Shown in pieces: positions 49,138 to 59,722 of a DNA stretch of 64,000 nt; the stretch's first letter is position 1; every line of letters starts with the position of its first letter. A model generated the notes under the pieces. The model did not search any database, was not told where the DNA came from, and saw only the letters and a program-made list of their open reading frames with translations. A program made the position numbers and the translations under genes. The stretch is from positions 32,001-96,000 of IMG/VR virus record IMGVR_UViG_3300032315_000647. The stretch is one strand, 5' to 3'. The stretch comes from a virus.

Positions 49138-51054
49138 TTATTGATATTTGTCTAACCAGCCACCTTTTGTAGGCTTGTTATAATTTGTAAAGTTAAGAAG
49201 TTGATCAAGCTTTTCAATGGGTTTAGCATCAGCTTGATTTATGCTAATTCCTTTTTTAGCTATAGGAAACTCTGTAACGTATTCACCATCAAATTCATAA
49301 TCCTCTCCAGGTTCCATATATTGCATATCTCCTGTATTGGATATTCCTATTAATGGTTCATACACATCCTCCATAGTGATGTCTGTGGAAGGGATGATGA
49401 CAGGGTTGCCCCAGTTCTCAGGGTTCCAATATCCTTCAGGGTCTACAGCAATTTCTCCACCATCTTGAAAAGATTTTGGTTGTTTACCTAAATCAAATAT
49501 AGTGGGAACATTAGATGTAAATTTTTTAGATTCTTCAGGTTGTTCATAGAGTTTTGTGTATGGAGAAGTTTTGATTGCCTCTTGAAACTCTTCTTCAAAC
49601 CCAGGGTCTTTATTAAGTAGTATCTGATTTATATATGTAGATGTTTCTTTAGGAAGCATCTTCATCCAATCTAATGATTTATATATATCTGTATTTTGTT
49701 TTGCTTTATCAAGAGCTTTGGTCAAATTACCCATTCCCCAATTATAACCAGCAAGAACTTTAGCTAGTTTAACCTCTTCCGATTGATTAGGATTATTTAG
49801 AGCTTTTCTATTATACAAATCATCCATTACCCACTTCTGCACTTTTACAGAATATTCAGGATCAGTAAGGTCTCCAGGTTTTTCTTTTGTAGCATTGAGA
49901 TAGTGCTTGTGTGTAATAGGCATTATTTGTGTAAGTCCAACCGCACCTACAGGAGAAACAGCTTCAGGATCAAGTCCTGACTCTCTGAATGCTTGTTTAA
50001 TCAAAATATCTTTTGGTACACTTTTTCCATCTTGTGCTATCTCTACACCATCTCTACTGATAGTTTTAGGCTCAAAATCAAGTCCTGCTTGATAGTAGGA
50101 CATCATTTTACCACCGTTATTATACTCTTTAGTGTTCTTACTAATGCTTTTAATTTTCTCTTTAAGCAAAGGTTCAATTATGCTATGAGCTTCATTCTCT
50201 ACAGTTCCTTTTTTAGTATATGGTGTTGATGTTTTCAATTCCGCAAAGTCTATGTCAGAATAGTCTAAAGGAGAAGTATCCTTACCATATTTCAACTTGT
50301 TCTTCAGGTCTATGATAGGTTTCTTTACATATTGTGGTAAATCATTGTTTAACCATTGCGTTCCTTTTTCAATAAAATTATCTTTCATTTGTACATGATG
50401 TGCCATTTCAGCAATCCATGTATCAATATTGTTTGCGTATATAGTTTTTGTCAAAGGGTTATAATGCCCTGGGACATTTTTAAAAAGTCCTTCTCTAATT
50501 GCAGGATTGACTTTTGGAAAACCATATTGTTTACCAAGAGCCATTATTCCTGAGTACGTTCCCATCTCACTATCATATTCTGATTCTGGATTACCTACTT
50601 CTTTTCTGATTTCATCTAATATGTTGTTATAAAAATCTCTTGTCTGTTTATCTTTTGATCCAACAATAGTTATTTCAGGAAGATTTCTTGAATCAGTAAA
50701 AGTTTCTTTTTCAGTGATGATTGGTTGTTTAACTCTTGTTGAATCTGCAACAGCTTTTTGCTTTATTCCATTCTGAGCACTAGCCTTTGTCTTCTTAGCA
50801 TAAGGACCATTACTAGGAGCTCCATGTCTTGCATACATATTTCCTACAGCACCTGGAAGATTACCACCCATTGCAAACTGTCCACCCCATGCAGGACTGT
50901 AATTACGTCCTTTAATATTGTTACCCATCCCTACAAATCCTGGAGGTAATGTAGCATCAACATCATTGGGATTGGGCTTTTTGCCATAGTTATCCTTGGT
51001 CTTTTGCTTTAATACACCACCACCATTTTCATATTTATCAAGCCAGTTGTTCAT
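49138..51054 (-). CDS. modular cargo protein with zincin-like and lytic transglycosylase (SLT) domains
   Basis: GHYNP..IY..AEMAHHVQ..ENEA; RESGLDPEAVSPVGAVGLTQIMP..LAGYNWG..PKET..Y. Confidence 0.75.
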   Translation of the reverse strand: MNNWLDKYENGGGVLKQKTKDNYGKKPNPNDVDATLPPGFVGMGNNIKGRNYSPAWGGQFAMGGNLPGAVGNMYARHGAPSNGPYAKKTKASAQNGIKQKAVADSTRVKQPIITEKETFTDSRNLPEITIVGSKDKQTRDFYNNILDEIRKEVGNPESEYDSEMGTYSGIMALGKQYGFPKVNPAIREGLFKNVPGHYNPLTKTIYANNIDTWIAEMAHHVQMKDNFIEKGTQWLNNDLPQYVKKPIIDLKNKLKYGKDTSPLDYSDIDFAELKTSTPYTKKGTVENEAHSIIEPLLKEKIKSISKNTKEYNNGGKMMSYYQAGLDFEPKTISRDGVEIAQDGKSVPKDILIKQAFRESGLDPEAVSPVGAVGLTQIMPITHKHYLNATKEKPGDLTDPEYSVKVQKWVMDDLYNRKALNNPNQSEEVKLAKVLAGYNWGMGNLTKALDKAKQNTDIYKSLDWMKMLPKETSTYINQILLNKDPGFEEEFQEAIKTSPYTKLYEQPEESKKFTSNVPTIFDLGKQPKSFQDGGEIAVDPEGYWNPENWGNPVIIPSTDITMEDVYEPLIGISNTGDMQYMEPGEDYEFDGEYVTEFPIAKKGISINQADAKPIEKLDQLLNFTNYNKPTKGGWLDKYQ

Positions 51055-51920
51055 TACTTATAAGAAATTTGAGCAGGTGTATAAATGAATTGACTAACGA
51101 GATGAGCATCATGTCTGTTATCAAGGATGTGCCTAACCTTCAGTTCTTTAGCCCTTAACGGTTCCTTCTTAAAGGATCTTTTGCCATAGTCCATATTGGA
51201 TTGGTTTACCACCTTATCTATAGACAATGATTCGCATGTACGTACAAACAGAGGTTCTTGTTTATTCTTCACCAATGACCAGAAAGTATTGTATTGGTAG
51301 AAGTTATCACTCTTAGTGAATGTTATGGTTTTACTTTCTGTTCCATAGATTGGATATTTCATATAATCTTTCAGGTTGTTGATTGGTTTTGCAACCAGTT
51401 CAAGCACTCCTGTAGATTGTTGACCGTTGTACAACACTGCCTTATTAAACCAAGCATTGTCAGTTTCTACCTTGCGATTGTCATCAGATACGCCATCTGT
51501 ATCAGGAAAATACTTATATGCCTTTGTGTAATCCTTAACACACTGCAATATCTCGTCATGATATTGATATGCAAAAGGATATTCAATGATGTAGGGTTCT
51601 ATGTTCCCATAGAAGTAGTTATATATCACTGGATTTTTCAGGTGTCTCCAGATACAAGCTGTTGTTGTCTGCTTATATCCTGCAAATGCTAAATCATATG
51701 ATGTCACTGTTCCAATTGGAAAAGTTTTCTTCTTTTTACATTTTCCAGTGGACTGTAAAGTGATTAGTGTAACATCATCACTAACACTGTAGCTAGTTCC
51801 ATCAATCATTTTTTCTTTAGAAACATCACTTGCTATGATGTTTCCAAATTGATCACTGATTGTGAATGGGCCAACATTTGCTGCTGAACTAGTTAATTTT
51901 ATGATGATTGTTTTTGACAT
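51054..51920 (-). CDS. Ig-like N-domain plus C-terminal part of tail stabilisation (muzzle-like) protein
   Basis: IWRH...YNYFYG..PYIIEY, FNKAVLYN..QSTG.LEL. Confidence 0.55.
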   Translation of the reverse strand: MSKTIIIKLTSSAANVGPFTISDQFGNIIASDVSKEKMIDGTSYSVSDDVTLITLQSTGKCKKKKTFPIGTVTSYDLAFAGYKQTTTACIWRHLKNPVIYNYFYGNIEPYIIEYPFAYQYHDEILQCVKDYTKAYKYFPDTDGVSDDNRKVETDNAWFNKAVLYNGQQSTGVLELVAKPINNLKDYMKYPIYGTESKTITFTKSDNFYQYNTFWSLVKNKQEPLFVRTCESLSIDKVVNQSNMDYGKRSFKKEPLRAKELKVRHILDNRHDAHLVSQFIYTPAQISYK

Positions 51921-51931
51921 CTTATTCTATT

Positions 51932-54900
51932 TTAACATGATAGGGTTCCACAACTATTAGCAGAAGATTGTGCTGTAACATAAGGAGAAGTTGGTGAAGT
52001 CTCTGGACCAAGTTCATATTGGTATCCATCATCACCACAAACCCAAGATTGTGTAATAGGTGATAGGGAGTATATAATTGATTCATTCACCCCACCATTC
52101 TGTACACAGTTCAAGTATTGTGTAGCAAGATAGTAACGTTCTCCAGCAGTTGTAGTTGTTGTAGTTGTGGGTGGTTCTGTTGTAGTGGTAGTGGTAGTTG
52201 TTGCAGAACAATCAAACACACTTATTATTACACCACTTGAATTAGTTTCATAACAAATATTGTTGTATGTATAAGCTATTGTCTGATAGGGTGTTCCATT
52301 TGAATTATACAATATACAACCTAATACAGGAACCTGACAGTTTGAATATTTATCACCTGTTGGAATTCTTGCTAATGGTACAGGGCAACAATTTAAGTTC
52401 TTACCTATATATCCATCAACTAATAAATACAACACTGTTGTAGTTGTAGTGGTTGTTGTAATATTACTATTTTCACAATCTACACAAGTCTCATATACTG
52501 TCGATGGTACATTTGCAATTGGTTCACCACTAGATGTGTCAGTGATGAGCCAACATTTTCCATCATAAAAGAAACTCTGTCCAACAATTCCTCCATCATT
52601 TGATAAGAAGAGCGCATTTTCAAGAGGATTGCTACACCATTGAGCGTTATAAATATATTCAATTAGTTCTGTAGTAGTTGATGTGGTTGTAGATGTGGAA
52701 CTAGAAGTTGTAGAACTTGTTGTTGTAGTTGTTACTTCAATAGTTGTTGTAGTGGTTGTGGTCGTAGGTTCAGTGGTGGTTGTTGTGGTGGTTGTGGGAG
52801 ACTCAGTAGTGGTGGTAGTAGTGGTTACAGGTTGTGTGGTTGTAGTGGTGGTAGTTGTTATAAATTCTGTAGTTGTAGTTGTTGTAGTGGTAATAGGTTG
52901 TGTTGTACTAGTTGTTGTTGTTACAGGTTCAACAGTGGTGGTGGTTGTTGTAGTTGCAGGTTGAGTTGTAGTGCTAGTGGTTGTAGTTGTGATAGGTTCA
53001 GTTGTGGATGTAGTAGTTGTAGTAGTAATGAGTTCTGTAGTTGATGTAGTGGTGGTAGTAGAAGGAGGTTCAGTGGTAGTAGTAGTTGTAGTGGTTGGTA
53101 ATTCTGTTGTTGTAGATGTTGTTGTAGAGGGCATATTAGTTGTTGATGTAGTGGTTGTAGTGGTTGATGATGATGTACTTGTGGTAGTTGTTGTTACACA
53201 ACTATTTTGACATTCAGTCGTACCACCTGTAATGATCAAACCTGTACCTGAAGGAATGTCCCTACTACATACATTTATAGATGAACCATTGTCAAGAATC
53301 TCAGTTGTGGTTACACCTGAACAACAATCAGTCCACTGAGCAGTTTGTTGCACACCACTTGAATTCAGGATGCTGTATTCATAGCAAACTAAAGGTGCTT
53401 CGGTGGTAGTGGTAGTGGTTGTAGTTGGTGTTTCTGTTGTGGATGTGGTTGTTGTTGTGGGTGTTTCTGTAGTGCTACTAGTTGTTGTTGTAGTGATAGG
53501 TGCGATGGTTGTGGATGTAGATGTAGTGGTGGTGGTGATTGGTGGAATTGTTGTAGTTGTTGTTGTGGTTGGTTCTATAATTGTGGTTGATGTGGTAGTA
53601 GTGGTAATTGGTGATTCAGTTGTACTTGTAGTGGTTGTGGTTGGAACTTGAGTTGTTGTTGTACTAGTTGTAGTGGTAGAAGAGGATGTAGTTGTTGTGC
53701 TTGATGTGCTAGTGGTAGTAGTGGTGGTGCTGCTTGTAGATGTTGTAGTAGTTGTAGATGTACTACTGGTTGTAGATGTAGATGTGTACTGTATAGCAGT
53801 GGTTGTGCTCGTGGTACTAGGAATAGGACCAGGAGTTCCCAATATTACATCAAAATCATCACAACATCCATTTATACCAGAATAGAAGAAATTGTTTTCT
53901 CCTATGTACCAGTTTGGCAGATAGCTATGGAAGCTTATCCAACTTTTTGTATTAAAGTTAAAAGATACTGTCCAACTTTTATTACAGAAATATCTGTCAT
54001 CTGTTAGATATATCACCTCACGTATGGAAAGTGAATCGTACATTTTATCAATGTAGAATTCATTCTCTTCAGCATCATATTTTACATCAGTGGTCTTTGG
54101 AATATAATCAAGTTTTGTAATAATCACCCTATCATACTTACTATCATATACACCATGTAAACCAACTCCTGTGAAATGATTATCTGTAGGTACATTAGGA
54201 AAGTAACGCAATATTTCAAAAGCAAGATGGTCTGTAAAGAACCTGTTCATTCCTGATCCGAATGCAGATAGATCTACAGCTTGTGTACCAGTGATTAAGA
54301 AAACTTGACCACGTTTAGCATCTATTGTCACTTGTCCTTGAGGAATCTTCAGTAACATTTTGTTCTGTGTTCCTACATATCCCAAATCTGTTTCTGCAAA
54401 ATCAATAGGAGGTGCACCTCTAAAGAGTGTAGGGCTTCCTACGTATGCAGCTTGAGGATTGCTTGTATCTATCGTAAGGAGGTTATTATACATAAGTGTC
54501 TTGTTCTCAAAGCGAGCAAGAACAGCTTTGTTTTGAATTCCATCTAACGATATAAGATTGCCATAGTTTTGAGGAAAGTCATAATAAGACAGAGGTCTGT
54601 ATATCAACCAACTATTCACTCTGTTATCAGAATCAATGTTCTGAGGATCAGAATACACTGCTCTGAAGGGATAATATGTGAAACAAGGTTTATCCCAATC
54701 AACTGGCAGATGAGTGAATGTGTTTTCTCTATTCTGTTTAGAATATGTGGTGTTATAGTAATACGTATTGTCCTGAGCAATGGGTACAGAAGTTTCTTGG
54801 AGCCAACTATCAGGAATTGCTGAACTAACACGAGGCCAGAAGTCTCCTTCTGCATTGTTGAATGCTTGGCGTAAATCTACGTTTACAGAGGATTCACAAT

Positions 54901-57900
54901 AGAAGTTAGGGATACCGTATGCAAACAGATACATCTTTCCATCATAAAATGTTCTGTCAGGGTTTAATACTGGAGGAGTGGCGTTAGGATCAGGCTTGGG
55001 AAATTGACTATTTGGACAGTCAAAATAATGTGCCTTTATAGATATGATGTTAGTTAATGGATCAAGTGCTACAGTGGGATCAAAATTAAAAAGTACAGAC
55101 CTTGCTGAAAACCAATATTTAGGATAGGCCACATTACCTATTTCATCATAGAATATATCACTGTCATCAGGAGCTCCCACTCTATTGTCTATAAAGAAAG
55201 GAAGCTTTGTCTTGAATGTAAATCTATTAATAAATGTATCACCACCAAACACAACATCGGTGTTAGGAGTGGTGTTATCAAGAAGTTGTTGATATCCTGT
55301 ATCTATTGTTTCATAAGAATATATCTGTCCCCATTGGTTAGGGAAGATAGTTTTCATACTTCCGTAATAAGAAACAACCTTTATTTCAGACTGTTTCTCT
55401 GGTGAGGAGCATAGATTTCTTTGTGAAACCGTATATCTAGAATCATCAGTGATAGCAGGAGTTATTCCTCCAACAAGAAGGTTTGGTGTGTTTTGTGCAT
55501 ACGGTAGTGCAGATAACGTTTCCTTTGTTTTTATATATACAGAGGATTCTCTATTGTAATTGTTTACATCAAGATCATCTCCTGTGTTTTGAACACCTGG
55601 AATCAAATATCTAGCAATGTCTAGAGATCTTTGTTTAACTCCTAAGTTGTTATCAACGTTTGCTGAATAGTCATAGTTAGCTATGCTATTGAATGAATAA
55701 GTGTAGTTCCTTCTAGTGATGCCGTTGATGTATATAGAGAGATATGCTTGATATGCAGTGAATAGTGCAACAATATCAGTGCCTGCTATATTTTCACTAG
55801 ATGTTAAAGCATCTAACTGAGCTTGGTATGAAAGAAGTTTGTACAAAGCATGTTCTTGCACTTGTACATGATGACCTCTTCCTGCACCAAATATAGCACT
55901 CTCAATCTTCAGAACATTTCCTAAGAAAGGTTGTCCAAAGGATGTTTCAGGAGAATTGAATACATATCTATATTTAGAGGAATCAGTATCGAAAGCCTTC
56001 AGTTGATTTGGAAGACAGTATTCATTAGCACCAACACTTCCATCAGACAGTTGTCTAATAGTGTACCCTCCTACATGCGATCCTACACTAGGGGATGTTC
56101 CAATTTTAACTTGTAAAGTTCTGTTCTGTCTTGTAAGTAGTAAAAATGATTGTACATTATTGTATATATCTACATACGAGAAGTTTGCAAATATACCATC
56201 ACATGATACATAATATGTATCGTATTGTAGTACAATTGGATCTGCTAAAAATGTACCACCGCTACCAGGAACAGGAACAGGTGTGGTTGTTGAACACTGT
56301 GTATATTTTTGGTTAGCAAACATTTCTGCTGTCTGCAAACTATTGTCAGAACAGCTTGTATATTCATAATATCCACTTGTTGCACAAGTGAATTCAAATG
56401 TCAGACATTCTTCATTGTAAGCATTGTTTTCCTCTAACAAGAAAGGATCTTCTCTAAGATCATTATATGGATAGTTAGGAAAGTAGTATTCTGTTTCTTC
56501 TCTCTTATACTTACCAATATTCCTCAGTATTCCCTTTGCTACAATAGATTTATTAGTGGATCTGTTACCTCTAACTATCTTGAATCCAGCAATGTTTTCT
56601 TTTTGTTCAACTGTAAGATTTGATAGAGAAATCAAAGATTCTATCTGACTGATGTCAATCTTCACTCCTATTGGGAATACACTCACATCCTGCATAACAA
56701 CAGGAATATTTGGAGAAAGAGTGTAAGCCCCACTTTCAAATATAGGACTAACAAGAACATCAGGAAACTTGTGGTGTCTGATGGGAGTGTTTGCAAGATC
56801 ACCCCACACTTCCTTATTGCAAGGGTAGAGATCTGTGGATTCCCAATATGCAAAATCTCCATATTGATATGGAGTGGCATTACCAATATTAACTCCTGTT
56901 GCAGACCCTGTTACAGATGCAGTGTTATAGATCTTCCAATAAGGAGAATATCCCACACCACCAGATGTGTAATCAGGAGTGCCTATGAAATCAGGATTTG
57001 TATCAGGAACATCTGGTTGAGAAAGCTCATTTGCATTCTTTATTCTTCCTGGGATGTGGAATCCGTCTGTTTGTTTACCATTCTTAAGTAGGAACACTAT
57101 TTCAAAAGCATACACTTCATCTCTTAGATAACCTCTAAGATTAGTGGCATTCAACTCATCTGCATAGTTTTCATCTGCAGGAAGTTTGTATGTTTGCCAC
57201 TGAAGAGATATTTGATTAGCAATGCCTTGATAGTTTACACGATCAATAGATGTAAGATTGTCCCATATCAAAACATCTTGTGCATTAGTGATGTCTTGTG
57301 CAACATCATAGTATGGGAACTTTTCAAATACATCATCAATACTTAAACGGATCTGTGTAACATTCTGACCTGTGTAAGTGATTTGTCTTTGTACGTCATT
57401 AATATCATACGTTCCTACCAACTCTACAGAGGTGATAGCATTTATTGTTTTAATGACAGCCAGATTGAAATTCTGGTAGAGACCAGTGTCCTCAAGATTT
57501 GAAACATTGATAATAATGGACTTTCCAACAGGATAGTTGAAATTCGGTGTTGTTATGAACTCATCAGCAATTGGTGTTGGGTTTGTAATAGAATAATATG
57601 ATGTATAAGGATTGCCTTGAGCATCACTATATTGTATTGCAAATTGATAAGTACCAGCAATTAGATTTCCTGTACTCGTAACATCAACTATTTCTAATTG
57701 AGGAATCTTGAAATTAGGTTGAATCTTGAGTTGATTACAATCAAGATCATCTGTGTAACTAGCGCTACAGAAGGGAGTTCCAGACTTTAAGATCTTTGGA
57801 ACATTATCAATATCTAAGTATCTTCTAGAATTATATCCGTCAGTCCAATATATTTCAGTGCTACAGTTTGTTATTCTGTGCGCCACCTTATGAATTGGAT

Positions 57901-58261
57901 AGTCAATATTAAAATTAAGGCAAGGAGCATTTACAATGACACGATAGACACAATCATTATTCTCCATATATCCAATCTGACTGTCTCCAGTATCTGGATT
58001 GGTGACAAAGAATATATGTTTATTCTTCTCTTGGATGAAATGTTTACCTATAAGTATAAATCCAGAAGGGAATGTAACACAAAGCTCATTCCCTGGTTCA
58101 TTCTGATAGTTTACAGAATTGGCATCAAAGTTCTCAACAGCTGCATTTAGTGCATAAGTGAGCGATCCCTTTTGAACTTGATTAAGGGTCTGGTCCATGT
58201 TAAGACCAGTGGTAGCATTGTTATACTCCTGTCTAACGTTACCTTGTTCTTGTTCAGCCAT
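51932..58261 (-). CDS. tail stabilisation/muzzle-like protein (P22 gp10-like position) with Thr-rich/Cys-rich C-terminal extension
   Basis: GLNMD, YALNA, NEPGN, GYLRDEVYAFEI, FGGDTFI, SWISFHSYLP; start taken as ATG 58261. Confidence 0.7.
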   Translation of the reverse strand: MAEQEQGNVRQEYNNATTGLNMDQTLNQVQKGSLTYALNAAVENFDANSVNYQNEPGNELCVTFPSGFILIGKHFIQEKNKHIFFVTNPDTGDSQIGYMENNDCVYRVIVNAPCLNFNIDYPIHKVAHRITNCSTEIYWTDGYNSRRYLDIDNVPKILKSGTPFCSASYTDDLDCNQLKIQPNFKIPQLEIVDVTSTGNLIAGTYQFAIQYSDAQGNPYTSYYSITNPTPIADEFITTPNFNYPVGKSIIINVSNLEDTGLYQNFNLAVIKTINAITSVELVGTYDINDVQRQITYTGQNVTQIRLSIDDVFEKFPYYDVAQDITNAQDVLIWDNLTSIDRVNYQGIANQISLQWQTYKLPADENYADELNATNLRGYLRDEVYAFEIVFLLKNGKQTDGFHIPGRIKNANELSQPDVPDTNPDFIGTPDYTSGGVGYSPYWKIYNTASVTGSATGVNIGNATPYQYGDFAYWESTDLYPCNKEVWGDLANTPIRHHKFPDVLVSPIFESGAYTLSPNIPVVMQDVSVFPIGVKIDISQIESLISLSNLTVEQKENIAGFKIVRGNRSTNKSIVAKGILRNIGKYKREETEYYFPNYPYNDLREDPFLLEENNAYNEECLTFEFTCATSGYYEYTSCSDNSLQTAEMFANQKYTQCSTTTPVPVPGSGGTFLADPIVLQYDTYYVSCDGIFANFSYVDIYNNVQSFLLLTRQNRTLQVKIGTSPSVGSHVGGYTIRQLSDGSVGANEYCLPNQLKAFDTDSSKYRYVFNSPETSFGQPFLGNVLKIESAIFGAGRGHHVQVQEHALYKLLSYQAQLDALTSSENIAGTDIVALFTAYQAYLSIYINGITRRNYTYSFNSIANYDYSANVDNNLGVKQRSLDIARYLIPGVQNTGDDLDVNNYNRESSVYIKTKETLSALPYAQNTPNLLVGGITPAITDDSRYTVSQRNLCSSPEKQSEIKVVSYYGSMKTIFPNQWGQIYSYETIDTGYQQLLDNTTPNTDVVFGGDTFINRFTFKTKLPFFIDNRVGAPDDSDIFYDEIGNVAYPKYWFSARSVLFNFDPTVALDPLTNIISIKAHYFDCPNSQFPKPDPNATPPVLNPDRTFYDGKMYLFAYGIPNFYCESSVNVDLRQAFNNAEGDFWPRVSSAIPDSWLQETSVPIAQDNTYYYNTTYSKQNRENTFTHLPVDWDKPCFTYYPFRAVYSDPQNIDSDNRVNSWLIYRPLSYYDFPQNYGNLISLDGIQNKAVLARFENKTLMYNNLLTIDTSNPQAAYVGSPTLFRGAPPIDFAETDLGYVGTQNKMLLKIPQGQVTIDAKRGQVFLITGTQAVDLSAFGSGMNRFFTDHLAFEILRYFPNVPTDNHFTGVGLHGVYDSKYDRVIITKLDYIPKTTDVKYDAEENEFYIDKMYDSLSIREVIYLTDDRYFCNKSWTVSFNFNTKSWISFHSYLPNWYIGENNFFYSGINGCCDDFDVILGTPGPIPSTTSTTTAIQYTSTSTTSSTSTTTTTSTSSTTTTTTSTSSTTTTSSSTTTTSTTTTQVPTTTTTSTTESPITTTTTSTTIIEPTTTTTTTIPPITTTTTSTSTTIAPITTTTTSSTTETPTTTTTSTTETPTTTTTTTTEAPLVCYEYSILNSSGVQQTAQWTDCCSGVTTTEILDNGSSINVCSRDIPSGTGLIITGGTTECQNSCVTTTTTSTSSSTTTTTTSTTNMPSTTTSTTTELPTTTTTTTTEPPSTTTTTSTTELITTTTTTSTTEPITTTTTSTTTQPATTTTTTTVEPVTTTTSTTQPITTTTTTTTEFITTTTTTTTQPVTTTTTTTESPTTTTTTTTEPTTTTTTTTIEVTTTTTSSTTSSSTSTTTSTTTELIEYIYNAQWCSNPLENALFLSNDGGIVGQSFFYDGKCWLITDTSSGEPIANVPSTVYETCVDCENSNITTTTTTTTVLYLLVDGYIGKNLNCCPVPLARIPTGDKYSNCQVPVLGCILYNSNGTPYQTIAYTYNNICYETNSSGVIISVFDCSATTTTTTTTEPPTTTTTTTAGERYYLATQYLNCVQNGGVNESIIYSLSPITQSWVCGDDGYQYELGPETSPTSPYVTAQSSANSCGTLSC
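52140..53820 (-). repeat. poly-Thr (ACN) mucin-like coding tracts punctuated by Pro/Glu and Cys-rich domains
   Basis: TTTTTTTEP-type repeats. Confidence 0.9.
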
Positions 58262-58266
58262 TGTAA

Positions 58267-59238
58267 TCAATTATTTCTACGCCATCCGTACCTATTGGTT
58301 CGGTTAGGTAGTTCATACCTATTAAACCTGTTCAAATCATTCTTAATCCTACGTTGCTTAGTCCAAGCATCCTGCTTCTTAATCTCAATATCAGCCATGA
58401 TGAATGCTTCATCAGCTTGCTGCTTGTAGAAAACAAGCTTTGATTGAAGCTGATTGAATGTTTCATCATTAGTCTGATGTGTGAGAGTTTCTATCACCTT
58501 ATATTTAATAAAGGCCTCAACATACTCTCTGATACGATAGTTATCAGGAATTAACTGATTACCCACTTTATCATATTCTGTAGCATAGAACAATAAATGA
58601 ACAATACCATTTCGGAAGTTTGTTACAAATTTATTATCTCTAATATCAAATGAATCGTATCCTGAAGAACCAGGAGTGAACTGGTTAAGAGGTGGGGCTT
58701 CTTGATAGAATTCCCAATTACTTGTATAATCAACACCACAGTTTTTCTGTGCGGAGATATTACCAGGTTTGAGTAGATATTCCTTTCGATAGACAACAGC
58801 TGCTTGGTTATTACTTTTGTACACAGCTTGCACTAGATTGGGCATGCACTTAGGGCAAAACTCTTGACCACAATTTCCTGCTTCACAAGGATTACCGTGC
58901 ACAATTACAGGACTCACCTGAATTGTTGTAGAACTAGCAGCTTGTGAATAGAAAGAGTTAGCTTGTTGATATGGATAACCATTTACAGCTGTGCAAAGCC
59001 AAGCTTCACGAACAGCATAGAAGTTATCTGGAAGTCTGGCTTGATAGTCAGATATATGAAGGATGTCTTCAGAAATTACATATGTTGTCCTGCCTAACTT
59101 TCTGAGACATTTGTCTAGATAAGTGGGGAACATCAAGTCATCAACAGCACCTGTATCAAAATAGCTTTTGAATTCCTCTTTAACAATGGAATACACAGGT
59201 TCTGGGCTGACAAAATTATATTTGTAATAGTATGACAT
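58267..59238 (-). CDS. tail ring/tubular protein (crAss-like)
   Basis: position in ring-IHF-ring-muzzle block; TNFRNG.V.L..YA...IPD..EAFIKYK. Confidence 0.6.
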   Translation of the reverse strand: MSYYYKYNFVSPEPVYSIVKEEFKSYFDTGAVDDLMFPTYLDKCLRKLGRTTYVISEDILHISDYQARLPDNFYAVREAWLCTAVNGYPYQQANSFYSQAASSTTIQVSPVIVHGNPCEAGNCGQEFCPKCMPNLVQAVYKSNNQAAVVYRKEYLLKPGNISAQKNCGVDYTSNWEFYQEAPPLNQFTPGSSGYDSFDIRDNKFVTNFRNGIVHLLFYATEYDKVGNQLIPDNYRIREYVEAFIKYKVIETLTHQTNDETFNQLQSKLVFYKQQADEAFIMADIEIKKQDAWTKQRRIKNDLNRFNRYELPNRTNRYGWRRNN

Positions 59239-59245
59239 TGTTTAT

Positions 59246-59719
59246 TTACTTTTTCCATTCGTGATACATGTGTTGGTATTTATCACTAACTTTTAAATAA
59301 TGGGATAGAAGTCTAGAAGTGTTTCTTGAAGGTTTAAAATACCACAGATTAGATTGTCTAAATCTAGCCGTATCTTTAAACCACATCCATCCAAAGAAGT
59401 AACCTTCAGTGTGAAAATTGAAATTGTAAATTCTCTTCCCTTTCTCTTTTGTCTTTTTCCAGTCAATAGGAAGATTTACAAACTCATCGTTAGAACCTTT
59501 TAGTTTCCTTCTCTTCTTTTTATTGATGGAAAATTCACCAAACCCAAAAGGAAGTTTTGCTCTTTCTCCTGTTTCAAGAATGTATTCCTTGAAAGCATCA
59601 TTGAAGGAGTAGACGATGTTTCTCCACTCGTCAAAGGTGAGCTTTATAGACGGATGTTTCTTACAGAAACTGTTGTAGTTTTCTTTACTAGCGCTTCTCC
59701 AATCAATCTTCACTCTCAT
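59246..59719 (-). CDS. IHF/HU-like protein of crAss-like tail module
   Basis: ILETGE..KLPFGFGEFSI.K, IDWKKTK, Y.FKPSR. Confidence 0.65.
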   Translation of the reverse strand: MRVKIDWRSASKENYNSFCKKHPSIKLTFDEWRNIVYSFNDAFKEYILETGERAKLPFGFGEFSINKKKRRKLKGSNDEFVNLPIDWKKTKEKGKRIYNFNFHTEGYFFGWMWFKDTARFRQSNLWYFKPSRNTSRLLSHYLKVSDKYQHMYHEWKK

Positions 59720-59722
59720 GTA

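Noticed and set aside
52683-53885. Poly-Val + strand ORFs (also 8956-9180 and 62468-62815)
   Set aside because: Reverse complement of poly-Thr ACN codons.
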